Part shown: one piece after another, positions 29,536 through 37,811 of the stretch | How the letters are laid out: every line of letters starts with the position of its first letter | How positions within the stretch are numbered: the first letter of the stretch is position 1 | Origin: Salinivirgaceae bacterium | GTDB lineage: Bacteria; Bacteroidota; Bacteroidia; Bacteroidales; SZUA-534 | Length of the DNA stretch: 64,000 bases | NCBI GenBank assembly: GCA_050251815.1 | Contig: JBFWMB010000015.1 | Coordinates: forward strand, 924 to 64,923 | Direction of reading: 5' to 3' | Notes under the pieces: model-generated | Told to the model about the DNA's origin: nothing | Seen by the model: only the letters and a program-made list of their open reading frames with translations | The model's database searches: none | Translations under genes and position numbers: made by a program

Positions 29536-32400
29536 TTAATCGAGGTATTCTGAAATGGGTGCACAGGAGCATACCAGGTTCCGGTCGCCATAGCCGTCGT
29601 CGACACGGGCTACTGCAGGCCAGAATTTATTGTGGGTAATCCAGTCGAGCGGATACGCTGCCCGGTGACGGCTGTAAGGATGATCCCAAGCATCGTCGGT
29701 ACATTCCAATGCTGTATGCGGTGCATTCTTCAGCAGGTTATCCTTCGCATCAGCCTTACCCTTTTTAATTTCCTGAATCTCTTCCAGAATGCTGTTCATG
29801 GCTTCCACAAAGCGATCGAGTTCTTCTTTGCTTTCGCTTTCGGTAGGTTCCACCATCAGGGTTTCGTGCACAGGAAACGACAAAGTAGGTGCATGGAAGC
29901 CATAATCCATCAAACGCTTGGCAATATCCACGGTTTCTACCCCGTATTCCTGACGGAAATGACGGCAATCTACAATCATCTCGTGACCCACTCGTCCATT
30001 GGTTCCGGTATATAAAATACCAAAATTCTCGCTCAGTTCACGAGCCAGGTAATTGGCATTCAGTATGGCTATTTTGGTCGATTGTGTCAAGCCTTCCCCA
30101 CCCAGCATCTTAATGTAGGCATGGGTAATGGGCAACACCATGGCGCTTCCGTAAGGAGCCCCTGAAACTGCTTTAATGGCCTGCTTGCCTCCGGTTTCAA
30201 CCACGGGGTGTCCCGGAAGGAAAGGCACCAGGTGTTTGGCCACGCCAATGGGTCCTACACCGGGTCCACCTCCGCCATGAGGAATGGCAAAGGTTTTATG
30301 CAGGTTCAGGTGACATACGTCGGCTCCAATAAATCCTGGGCTGGTTAAACCCACCTGGGCATTCATGTTGGCTCCGTCCATGTAAACCAGTCCGCCATTT
30401 TCATGGATAATATCCATCATCAGGCGGATTTCCTTTTCAAAAACGCCGTGAGTCGACGGGTAAGTAATCATAAAGGAATGCAGCTTATCTTTGTGCTCTT
30501 CGGCTTTGGCTTTCAAGTCGGCCACATCCACATTGCCTTTTTGGTCGCAGGCTACTACCACAACCTGTCCACCGGCCATAACCGCACTGGCAGGGTTTGT
30601 TCCGTGAGCCGATGCAGGAATAAGCACAATGTTTCGGTGTTGCTGGCCCCGCGATTTGTGGTATTCACGAATCACCATCAATCCGGTATATTCACCGGCT
30701 GCACCCGAATTGGGCTGCAAACTCACGGCTGCAAAGCCGGTAATCTCGGCCAAATCGTGCTCCAGTTCAGCAATCAGCTCCTGATAACCCTGGGCTTGTT
30801 CTTTGGGAACAAAGGGGTGTATGCTTCCAAACTCTGCCCAACTTAAAGGTAACATGGTAGTGGCCGGGTTCAGCTTCATGGTACAGGAACCCAGCGAAAT
30901 CATGGCGTGGGTAAGTGAAATATCTTTCCGTTCCAACTTTTTGATGTAACGCATCAACTCGGTTTCGGAGCGATAAGCATTGAAAATCTTTTCTTCCAAT
31001 ATGGGTGTATTGCGCAAAAAGGCTTCATCGAAATAAATCAGCTCGCGTGCCTCGCTAACTTCCACCTGTTTTTTATTTAGCGCTCCGGCAATCACTTTAA
31101 GGATATTATTGACATCGCTGAGCGAAGTAGTTTCGTCGAGACTGATTCCCAGCTTGTCGGCGTCGATTAAACGGAAGTTCATTTGTGCATTACGGGCGGC
31201 ATCAGCTAAAGCATTGGCTTTTCCGGGCACACTGAGGTACAGTGTGTCGAAGAAATTCTCGTTCAGCTGTTTTACCTCCATAGCCTGCAGGCCTTCGTTC
31301 AGCAGCCCGGTAAGGTAATGTATGCGATAAGCAATGGCCTTTAAGCCTTCGGGACCGTGGTACACGGCATACATTCCTGCCATGGTGGCCAGTAAGGCCT
31401 GAGCGGTACAAATGTTCGAAGTAGCTTTTTCACGTTTGATGTGCTGTTCGCGGGTTTGCAGCGCCATACGCAGGGCTTTGTTTCCATTCCGATCAATCGA
31501 CACGCCAATGATTCGTCCGGGCATGCTGCGCTTAAAGGCGTCTTTGGTGGCAAAGAATGCGGCATGCGGCCCGCCGTAACCCATAGGGATTCCAAAGCGC
31601 TGCGAGCTTCCGCAAACAATGTCGGCTCCCCATTCGCCCGGAGGCACCAGAATGCTTAGGCTCATTAAGTCGGCTACCACGGCAACCATGCTGTTGTTGG
31701 CATGGGCTTTTTCGGTAAAGGCGCGGTAATCTTCAATGGAACCCTCAGCGTTGGGGTATTGAACAACGGCCCCAAAAACCTTATCGGTAAACACAAAGTC
31801 GTGGTAGTTTCCACTAACAATATCGATACCCAGCGGTTCGGCGCGGGTTATCAGCACGTCGAGGGTTTGCGGGAATATTTTCTCATCGACAAATAACTGA
31901 GAGCCGCCATTCTTTACAAAGCTTTTATCGCGTTTGTTGTACATCATAATGATGGCTTCGGCAGCCGCTGTCGATTCGTCGAGTAACGACGAGTTGGCAA
32001 TTTCCATCCCGGTAAGGCTCATCACCATGGTCTGGAAGTTCAGCAAAGCCTCGAGCCTTCCCTGCGAAATTTCAGCCTGATAAGGTGTGTACGAAGTGTA
32101 CCAGCTGGGATTCTCGAATACGTTGCGTAGAATAACCGATGGGGTAATGGTATGGTAATACCCAAGGCCAATGTAAGTTTTGTACAGCTTATTTTTTGCG
32201 GCCAGTTGCTTAATGCGGGTCAGGTATTCATATTCCGACAGGGGAGCCCCTATAGCAAGCGGCGCTTTTAAACGAATGTCGGAAGGAATGGTTTGATCAA
32301 TCAACGATTCTAACGACGGCACTCCAATGCGGGCAAGCATCTCGTCCACATCGCTTTGGCGCGGCCCTATATGGCGCGTCAGGAAGTTATGAATTGGCAT
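29536..32400 (-). CDS. gcvP: Glycine dehydrogenase (aminomethyl-transferring), single-chain P protein
   Basis: 954 aa. It is colinear with single-chain GcvP throughout, for example SYTPYQAEISQGRLEALLNFQTM and NLHKTFAIPHGGGGPGVGPIGV, where the Lys is the PLP site. Confidence 0.95.
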   Translation of the reverse strand: MPIHNFLTRHIGPRQSDVDEMLARIGVPSLESLIDQTIPSDIRLKAPLAIGAPLSEYEYLTRIKQLAAKNKLYKTYIGLGYYHTITPSVILRNVFENPSWYTSYTPYQAEISQGRLEALLNFQTMVMSLTGMEIANSSLLDESTAAAEAIIMMYNKRDKSFVKNGGSQLFVDEKIFPQTLDVLITRAEPLGIDIVSGNYHDFVFTDKVFGAVVQYPNAEGSIEDYRAFTEKAHANNSMVAVVADLMSLSILVPPGEWGADIVCGSSQRFGIPMGYGGPHAAFFATKDAFKRSMPGRIIGVSIDRNGNKALRMALQTREQHIKREKATSNICTAQALLATMAGMYAVYHGPEGLKAIAYRIHYLTGLLNEGLQAMEVKQLNENFFDTLYLSVPGKANALADAARNAQMNFRLIDADKLGISLDETTSLSDVNNILKVIAGALNKKQVEVSEARELIYFDEAFLRNTPILEEKIFNAYRSETELMRYIKKLERKDISLTHAMISLGSCTMKLNPATTMLPLSWAEFGSIHPFVPKEQAQGYQELIAELEHDLAEITGFAAVSLQPNSGAAGEYTGLMVIREYHKSRGQQHRNIVLIPASAHGTNPASAVMAGGQVVVVACDQKGNVDVADLKAKAEEHKDKLHSFMITYPSTHGVFEKEIRLMMDIIHENGGLVYMDGANMNAQVGLTSPGFIGADVCHLNLHKTFAIPHGGGGPGVGPIGVAKHLVPFLPGHPVVETGGKQAIKAVSGAPYGSAMVLPITHAYIKMLGGEGLTQSTKIAILNANYLARELSENFGILYTGTNGRVGHEMIVDCRHFRQEYGVETVDIAKRLMDYGFHAPTLSFPVHETLMVEPTESESKEELDRFVEAMNSILEEIQEIKKGKADAKDNLLKNAPHTALECTDDAWDHPYSRHRAAYPLDWITHNKFWPAVARVDDGYGDRNLVCSCAPISEYLD

Positions 32401-32660
32401 AAGTATTTGTTTTGTTAGTTTAAATTTTGTGCATCTAAAAAAAGTTTGACGCGGTAAAATTAAATCTTTTACTAAGCAATTATAAGCTATTGCCTAAAAT
32501 ATTAACATGTTTCAAAGCAAGATGCGAACTGATATTTTTCAGCTTTGCTCCGGGCATACCACAGCTACCAGCCAGCTACCACATGACCGGTAAAAAATTG
32601 TACAGGTGTTTTCAAAGCCATTAATTATCGTTAGTTTTGGATCGCACAAAATTTAGGTAT

Positions 32661-33320
32661 ATGAAACGCATACTTGTAATTCTCGGGCTCAGCTTTTTGG
32701 TAATTGTTGGAACAAAGGCTCAAAGCGACACCCTGTGGCTGATGAACGGTAAAAAGGTGCCCATTTCCGGTTTTTCGCCCGACAGCGACACCAACGAACC
32801 CCTGAACCAGGCTATATTTTATCACACCTTAAAGGGCAAAACCCGGAAAGCTTACACCGACGAGATATTCTCGGTAAGAAGCAGCAGTTCGGGCGAAACC
32901 GTGTTTTATAAACCGCAGCCCGAACTGGGCGAGCCACTCGATGTGAACCAGATGCGCCAATACGTTACCGGTTTACACCTGGCCCGGCAAAAAAACACGA
33001 ACGAGTTACTCCTGGCCGGAAGTTTTGTTTCGGGTATGCTGGGCGCCTTTACCCCCTCGCCCAACGTTAAGCTTGGAGGCGTTGAAGCCTCGCTACCCCT
33101 GGGATTTCTTATTCCTATTGGCTATGTGTCGCTGACTGGCTATTTTACACCAGGTAAGCGCTACGTAAATTCAGCCCATTTACCGTCGCAGAACGAATAC
33201 CTGCTGATGGGTTTCGAAGAGGGTTCGCAACGCAAAACCATTCACAAAACCCTGCTGGCCGGGTGCCTGGGGTACCTTTCGGGGATGCTTATGGTTACAG
33301 TTATCAGCGGCACCCCATGA
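32661..33320 (+). CDS. Hypothetical membrane protein (signal peptide plus about 3 TM helices)
   Basis: I chose the ATG at 32661 (MKRILVILGLSFLVIVGTKAQ). The track ORF starts at a TTG at 32637. The stop overlaps the next gene's start in an ATGA. Confidence 0.5.
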   Translation: MKRILVILGLSFLVIVGTKAQSDTLWLMNGKKVPISGFSPDSDTNEPLNQAIFYHTLKGKTRKAYTDEIFSVRSSSSGETVFYKPQPELGEPLDVNQMRQYVTGLHLARQKNTNELLLAGSFVSGMLGAFTPSPNVKLGGVEASLPLGFLIPIGYVSLTGYFTPGKRYVNSAHLPSQNEYLLMGFEEGSQRKTIHKTLLAGCLGYLSGMLMVTVISGTP

Positions 33321-33997
33321 GGCCTTTTGAACAGGTAGCTGACTATATGGTTGCACAGCAGGGAGCCGCCGCTGCCTTTGACCTCCCCAATGAGGTGCTA
33401 TATGTGCTGAACCACCTGAACCGGGCCGAACGAGGCGACCTGAAAGCCTGGCTGTTTAACCAGGCCAAAAAGATGAGCCTCAACGGTACGGCCCACGATG
33501 CCCTCTTTTGGCTCGAAAACTGTTACCTGCTTATTGAAAAACACACCTACCGCTTTCACCAGGTATTTTTTAGTCCGGGTACCGACATCCCCGAAACCAT
33601 TCTGGGAATGATTCAAAGCGCCGAACAAACCATCGACCTGTGCATCTTCACTATAAGTCATTACGAACTGGCAGCCGAACTGGGCAAAGCCCATCGCCGG
33701 GGTGTTAGGGTGCGCCTGCTTACCGACGACCAGAAACAGTACGACAAGGGCTCGCGCATTAAAACCCTGAGCCATGAGGGCATAGCCGTTAAAACCGATG
33801 ACTCGCGCTACCACATGCACCACAAATTCGGGCTGATTGACCGGCGAACCGCTTTTACCGGCAGTTTTAACTGGACCTACACCGCTACCAAACACAACCA
33901 GGAGAACTTACTGGTTACCACCAACTACGACATAGTAAAGCAATACCATAGCGAATTTGAACGTTTGTGGGAAAGCATGCAACCCCTTTGGGGATAG
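33317..33997 (+). CDS. Single-HKD phospholipase D-family protein (Nuc/Zucchini-like nuclease fold) with an ~85-aa N-terminal extension
   Basis: The HKD motif HHKFGLIDRRTAFTGSFNWT occurs once. The ATG at 33317 forms an ATGA overlap with the upstream stop, and the track's GTG start at 33263 is less likely. No signal peptide is visible. Confidence 0.75.
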   Translation: MRPFEQVADYMVAQQGAAAAFDLPNEVLYVLNHLNRAERGDLKAWLFNQAKKMSLNGTAHDALFWLENCYLLIEKHTYRFHQVFFSPGTDIPETILGMIQSAEQTIDLCIFTISHYELAAELGKAHRRGVRVRLLTDDQKQYDKGSRIKTLSHEGIAVKTDDSRYHMHHKFGLIDRRTAFTGSFNWTYTATKHNQENLLVTTNYDIVKQYHSEFERLWESMQPLWG

Positions 33998-34007
33998 CCG
34001 GGTTTAT

Positions 34008-34156
34008 TCCCCGCTTAGGGTGCTGATAAAAATTGCCGGCTGTGCAGATAAAAATTTGTTGCGTAAGAAGCTGAATTTTGATGCGCATCAAAAGTTTATT
34101 TCCTGCGCAGGAAATGTTTGTCCGCTGCTTAGGAAATTTTTATCGGCTGCGCAGCG
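34008..34156. repeat. Cluster of TGCGCA-centred palindromes bracketed by imperfect inverted and direct repeats
   Basis: Two perfect 18-bp palindromes are TTTTGATGCGCATCAAAA (34076-34093) and ATTTCCTGCGCAGGAAAT (34098-34115). A 10-bp palindrome GCTGCGCAGC lies at 34146-34155 and a variant CGGCTGTGCAG at 34037-34047. GATAAAAATTT (34047-34057) is the inverted copy of AAATTTTTATC (34134-34144). GATAAAAATT occurs as a direct repeat at 34025 and 34047. Confidence 0.7.
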
Positions 34157-34183
34157 ATTTGAGAACACCTGTTTACAAGGTTT

Positions 34184-34927
34184 TCAGAAGGCCAGTACAA
34201 AGCTGCCGGGAAACTGCCTTTTGTACTTGTCGAGGTATCCGGCAGCAGCCTCACGCGAAGGAAAAGTACCCAGAATTACCCGGTACAATTTGTTGTCGCC
34301 CTGCTTACTTACCTGCACAATAATTTCCTTGTTTGTTTTTTGCCGCAGCTCGTCGCAAAGCTTCATCAGGTTGGCGGCTTCCTGGTAGCTGGCCACCTGG
34401 ATACCAAAACCTGAGGGCTGGGTATGCTCCGACTTAAGTAAATAATACTCGAGACCTTCGCTGGCTACTGACACAGCCTGGTCAGCCCCCTGTGAGCTGC
34501 TTTCGGGAGCAGCCCGGCTGAATACCACCTGACGTTTGGGTGCCGCTGCTGCTGTTTTTTCAGAAGTGCTCAGGTTCAACACTTCGAGTTTAACCTGGGT
34601 AACACCGGCCTTAACAAAACCCAGTTCATCGGCAGCCGCCTTCGACAAATCAATCACCCGGTCTTTTATAAAAGGGCCGCGGTCGTTAATAACCACCGTA
34701 ACTGTTTTTTTATTCTCCAGGTTGGTTACCTTAACGGTAGTTCCAAAGGGCAGGGTCCGGTGTGCCGCAGTCAACTTTTTCTGGTCAAAGGTTTCGCCAC
34801 TTGCCGTGATGCGCCCGTCGAATTTATCGGCATAAAACGAGGCCAGTCCAAACTCGGTTATCTGTGCACGGCTGGTTAGGCAGCCAAACAAAATAAGTAA
34901 AAGTAGCAGGGGTTTCAGGGTATTCAT
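34184..34927 (-). CDS. rlpA: Septal ring lytic transglycosylase RlpA-family lipoprotein (DPBB plus SPOR domains)
   Basis: 247 aa. The DPBB core is [22 protein letters not shown]...[19 protein letters not shown]...VVINDRGPF. The C-terminal SPOR-like segment is [14 protein letters not shown]...[14 protein letters not shown]. Confidence 0.8.
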   Translation of the reverse strand: MNTLKPLLLLLILFGCLTSRAQITEFGLASFYADKFDGRITASGETFDQKKLTAAHRTLPFGTTVKVTNLENKKTVTVVINDRGPFIKDRVIDLSKAAADELGFVKAGVTQVKLEVLNLSTSEKTAAAAPKRQVVFSRAAPESSSQGADQAVSVASEGLEYYLLKSEHTQPSGFGIQVASYQEAANLMKLCDELRQKTNKEIIVQVSKQGDNKLYRVILGTFPSREAAAGYLDKYKRQFPGSFVLAF

Positions 34928-34945
34928 AGCAGTATTTTTATTGAA

Positions 34946-35947
34946 TTAGGTATCTTTTAACAAATCTTCGCGCTTGGGATAAAAGCGTTCGTAGTCCTGC
35001 GAACTGTCCGAAAGCTCCAAATCCTTTTTCAGTCCCAGCTGGGCATTACGAATGCTCACATTCAGTTCAAAACCCAGGAGCAAAACAAAGGAACTCATAT
35101 TCAGCCAGATTAACAAGGCCAGCAGGGTACCAATGGAGCCATACAACTTGTTGTATCGGCCAAAATGCCCCAGGTAATACGAGAACCCAAGGGTAAGCAG
35201 GGTAATTAACAGGGTAGCCATAATAGCCCCCGGTGAAAAGAACCGATAGTTGGAACGCTTCGATGGGGCATAATAGTATAAAAACGACAGGCTAAGCAGC
35301 ATAAATAAAAGAATCACCAGCCACTGACCGCCTAAAAACAGGGCCTGCGACAAACCACTTTGCATGCTTTCGTTGGCAACCAAAAGGTTTAGGATTTCCT
35401 TTCCAAAGATAATTAACCCGGTGGCTACGGTGGTTAAACCAAAAAGAATGGCTACCAAAACTATCGCAATAAACTGCATACTGAGCCACGAGCGGCTTTC
35501 GAAAGCATTGGCCGATGCGTTGAACGAAGCAATCAGGGCCGAGATTCCGTTGGTACTGAAGAAAAGGGCCGCCAGGAAACCAAAGGAAAGCAGGCTCAAC
35601 CGACGCTTAGTGGTAATGTCGAGGATGGTGCTCTCAACCACCTGGAAGGTATTGCTGGGCAGTACCTCCTGGATTAAACGCATCAATTCGTCCTGAAAAT
35701 TGGGTAGCGGCACAAAGGGAATCAAGGTAAACAAAAAGATGATACTGGGAAAGAGCGACATAAAAAAGTTGAATGAAATACCAGAAGCCCTCACGCCAAG
35801 CGCCCCGTTGGCAATGCCATTGACGTAAAACACCCCCACATCGTAAACCGGTACCTGTTGCAGGCCCGGGAGGGAAATTCTTTTGGCACGTACCAGCCAC
35901 TGATTCATTCGGCGTTTGACCCAGGAGGGCAGCAAGTGTTTATTCAT
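34946..35947 (-). CDS. YihY/BrkB-family inner-membrane protein
   Basis: 333 aa with about 6 TM helices and an N-terminal pattern RASGISFNFFMSLFPSIIFL typical of YihY. It overlaps the nadC stop by 8 nt. Confidence 0.75.
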   Translation of the reverse strand: MNKHLLPSWVKRRMNQWLVRAKRISLPGLQQVPVYDVGVFYVNGIANGALGVRASGISFNFFMSLFPSIIFLFTLIPFVPLPNFQDELMRLIQEVLPSNTFQVVESTILDITTKRRLSLLSFGFLAALFFSTNGISALIASFNASANAFESRSWLSMQFIAIVLVAILFGLTTVATGLIIFGKEILNLLVANESMQSGLSQALFLGGQWLVILLFMLLSLSFLYYYAPSKRSNYRFFSPGAIMATLLITLLTLGFSYYLGHFGRYNKLYGSIGTLLALLIWLNMSSFVLLLGFELNVSIRNAQLGLKKDLELSDSSQDYERFYPKREDLLKDT

Positions 35948-36800
35948 GCCCTTGCTTTAGTGCTTTTAAACTCAGGTCGAGGCTCATTATCTGGTGTGTC
36001 AACGCACCCACCGAAATGTAATCGACACCGCATTCTGCATAAGCCCTGAGGGTTTCTTTGGTGATGCCCCCCGACGATTCGGTCTCGAAGCGGCCACCTA
36101 TCATTTGCACGGCTTCGCGGGTATCTTCCACGGTAAAATTATCAATCATGATGCGCTGGATGCCCCCAATGCGCAGTATTTCGTCAATCTCGCTAAAGCA
36201 ACGGGCTTCCACCTCGATGGGTAGTTTTCTGCCAAGCTTTTGCAGGTAAGCCTGAACCCCCTCAATGGCCGGCCTTATGCCCCCGGCAAAGTCGATGTGA
36301 TTGTCTTTAATCATAATCATATCGTAAAGCCCCATGCGGTGGTTCTCACCTCCACCCAGGCGGACGGCCATCTTTTCGAAGACGCGCATTCCGGGCGTAG
36401 TTTTGCGGGTATCGAGCACCCGGGTTTTTAATCCGCTGAGCAATTGAACGTATTCGTTGGTTTGTGTGGCAATGCCACTCATGCGCTGCATAAAATTAAG
36501 CATCAGGCGTTCGGTTTGCAAAATGGAACGTTCGCTGCCACTAACCTCGAACACCACATCGCCCACTTCAATGGCCTCGCCATCGTTTTTAAACACGGTA
36601 AGTTTTAATTCGGGATCGAATTGTTCAAACACCATCCGGGCTACCTCAACTCCGGCAAGAATTCCCGGTTGCTTAACCAGCAAACGGGCTTTTCCCATTT
36701 GGTGGGCTGGCACACAACTCAGCGAGGTATGATCGCCATCACCTACATCTTCATGTAAAGCCGCTTGAATAAACGCTTTCATGTATTCCTTATCGTTCAT
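35940..36800 (-). CDS. nadC: Nicotinate-nucleotide diphosphorylase (carboxylating), also called quinolinate phosphoribosyltransferase
   Basis: 286 aa. The pattern DVGDGDHTS...LDTRKTTPGMR..EK.AV..GGG.NHR.GLYD...IKDNH...IEVE...ImLDNF is typical of NadC. Confidence 0.9.
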   Translation of the reverse strand: MNDKEYMKAFIQAALHEDVGDGDHTSLSCVPAHQMGKARLLVKQPGILAGVEVARMVFEQFDPELKLTVFKNDGEAIEVGDVVFEVSGSERSILQTERLMLNFMQRMSGIATQTNEYVQLLSGLKTRVLDTRKTTPGMRVFEKMAVRLGGGENHRMGLYDMIMIKDNHIDFAGGIRPAIEGVQAYLQKLGRKLPIEVEARCFSEIDEILRIGGIQRIMIDNFTVEDTREAVQMIGGRFETESSGGITKETLRAYAECGVDYISVGALTHQIMSLDLSLKALKQGHE

Positions 36801-37222
36801 TTTTTTTCGAATCTAAATTGATAAATTAATTTTTGCGTGTTCTCTTCTTTAACCAGATAGCAAAAGCGATAGGTCTGCTGTGTGGTTTTCAGTTCGCAAA
36901 GTACAAAGTAACTGTTTCCGTTGACGCTTTGGGCCTCGTGCAAAACAGCTACCGGCTGATTATCCTTAAAAAAAGCCTCGAGCATAAACTGCGATTGGCG
37001 TTTGCTGTAAATGCCCTGATATCCGGGAAGAATCAACTCAACCTGAGGATGGAAAAAGCCAGCCAGTTTTTTTGCATCGGCCTGGTGAACCGCCTGCTCC
37101 ACCTGCCGGTTAAACACCGAATCGGCGGGAGTTTGTGCACTAAGCCCGGGGTCCTGAATTAGAAAAAGCAGGAGCAACAAACCGTAAACCTGAGCACAAA
37201 AACTTTTTTTATTTAAAAACAT
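36797..37222 (-). CDS. Hypothetical secreted protein, DUF4783-like, which commonly precedes nadC in Bacteroidota
   Basis: I chose the ATG at 37222 (MFLNKKSFCAQVYGLLLLLFLIQDPGLSAQ, a signal peptide). The track start at 37294 adds an unlikely extension. It overlaps nadC in a 4-nt ATGA. Confidence 0.5.
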   Translation of the reverse strand: MFLNKKSFCAQVYGLLLLLFLIQDPGLSAQTPADSVFNRQVEQAVHQADAKKLAGFFHPQVELILPGYQGIYSKRQSQFMLEAFFKDNQPVAVLHEAQSVNGNSYFVLCELKTTQQTYRFCYLVKEENTQKLIYQFRFEKK

Positions 37223-37337
37223 TTCTGAAATTTCCACTTTATACTTGTGCCATGCAAAATTAATGAGATTTGGAAAGCTACAAAATTTATGCAAGTTTGC
37301 ATTAATTTTACAGGCATTATTTGAACTTCCAGCAATT

Positions 37338-37811
37338 ATGAAAGCTATTTTTCTTGTTATCGGAAAAACCGACGAACCCTATGTAAACGAGGGTATCGAT
37401 AAATACAGCAAACGTATTAACAAATACCTGCCATTTGCCCTGGAGGTGATTCCCGACCTGAAGAATGCCAAGAACCTGAGCCGGGAACAGCAAAAAGAAA
37501 AAGAAGGTGAGCTGATACTTAAAAAAATTAACCCGGGCGACCTGTTGATACTTTTAGACGAGGGTGGCAAAACGTTTAACTCGCTTGAATTTTCGGATTG
37601 GATAAATTCCCTGATGCTATCGGGGAAAAAGCGTATGATTTTTGTAGTAGGGGGACCCTATGGATTTTCGGAGCAGGTTTATCAGAAAGCAGACTTTAAA
37701 TTATCGTTATCGAAGATGACCTTTTCGCACCAGTTAATCCGCTTATTGTTTTGCGAACAGTTTTACCGGGCAAACACCATACTTAAAGGAGAGCCATATC
37801 ATCATGAATAA
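37338..37811 (+). CDS. rlmH: 23S rRNA (pseudouridine1915-N3)-methyltransferase
   Basis: 157 aa from the ATG at 37338. The sequence MKAIFLVIGKT...YVNEGIDKYSKRI...LLDEGGK..NS.EF......GKKRMIFVVGGPYGFS...LSLSKMTFSHQL.R..F.EQ.YRA..I..GEPYH is typical of SPOUT RlmH. The track's GTG start at 37245 is rejected. Confidence 0.85.
   Translation: MKAIFLVIGKTDEPYVNEGIDKYSKRINKYLPFALEVIPDLKNAKNLSREQQKEKEGELILKKINPGDLLILLDEGGKTFNSLEFSDWINSLMLSGKKRMIFVVGGPYGFSEQVYQKADFKLSLSKMTFSHQLIRLLFCEQFYRANTILKGEPYHHE

Noticed and set aside
32401-32660. A possible glycine riboswitch upstream of gcvP.
   Set aside because: I read the minus-strand leader and found none of the conserved glycine-riboswitch elements, meaning the paired GGAGAG / CACCG / ACCGAAGGGGCAA-type cores in tandem aptamers. 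I saw only a short direct repeat AGCTACCA x2. A covariance-model scan would settle it, but the sequence gives no positive evidence.
33398-33895. A 165-aa ORF on the minus strand within the PLD gene. Similar long antisense ORFs are 30403..30846, 28070..28429, 29632..30015, 42679..43116, 15848..16291, 57567..57974 and 36833..37162.
   Set aside because: All of them lie fully inside, and antisense to, well-supported genes with clear family motifs. Their translations are low-complexity or Arg/Gly/His-rich with no recognisable motifs. This is typical stop-codon depletion opposite GC-rich coding sequence.
33957-34388. A 143-aa + ORF and a nested 81-aa ORF spanning the palindrome cluster.
   Set aside because: The translations are Cys/Arg-rich nonsense. 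They start inside the PLD gene and run antisense into rlpA. The region is better explained as non-coding repeats.
26700-37300. GC content looks higher by eye (about 50-58 percent in sampled 60-nt lines) than in many other parts of the window (about 35-42 percent), which could suggest a horizontally acquired island.
   Set aside because: The GC-rich stretch includes undisputed core genes (tex, gcvP, nadC). Other conserved genes elsewhere, such as dnaN and parts of gldG, sample at about 50 percent too. The pattern therefore tracks gene conservation or expression rather than an island boundary. I cannot compute windowed GC or codon statistics here. The membrane/PLD pair is flagged separately.
37245-37337. 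N-terminal extensions in the ORF track for rlmH (GTG at 37245), the SRPBCC gene (53621), the porin gene (58289), the DUF4783-like gene (37294), the membrane protein (TTG at 32637) and the PLD gene (GTG at 33263).
   Set aside because: In each case an internal ATG gives a canonical N-terminus, either a signal peptide or the family-typical start. It also removes overlap with the neighbouring gene or promoter, so the longest-ORF coordinates were not used.
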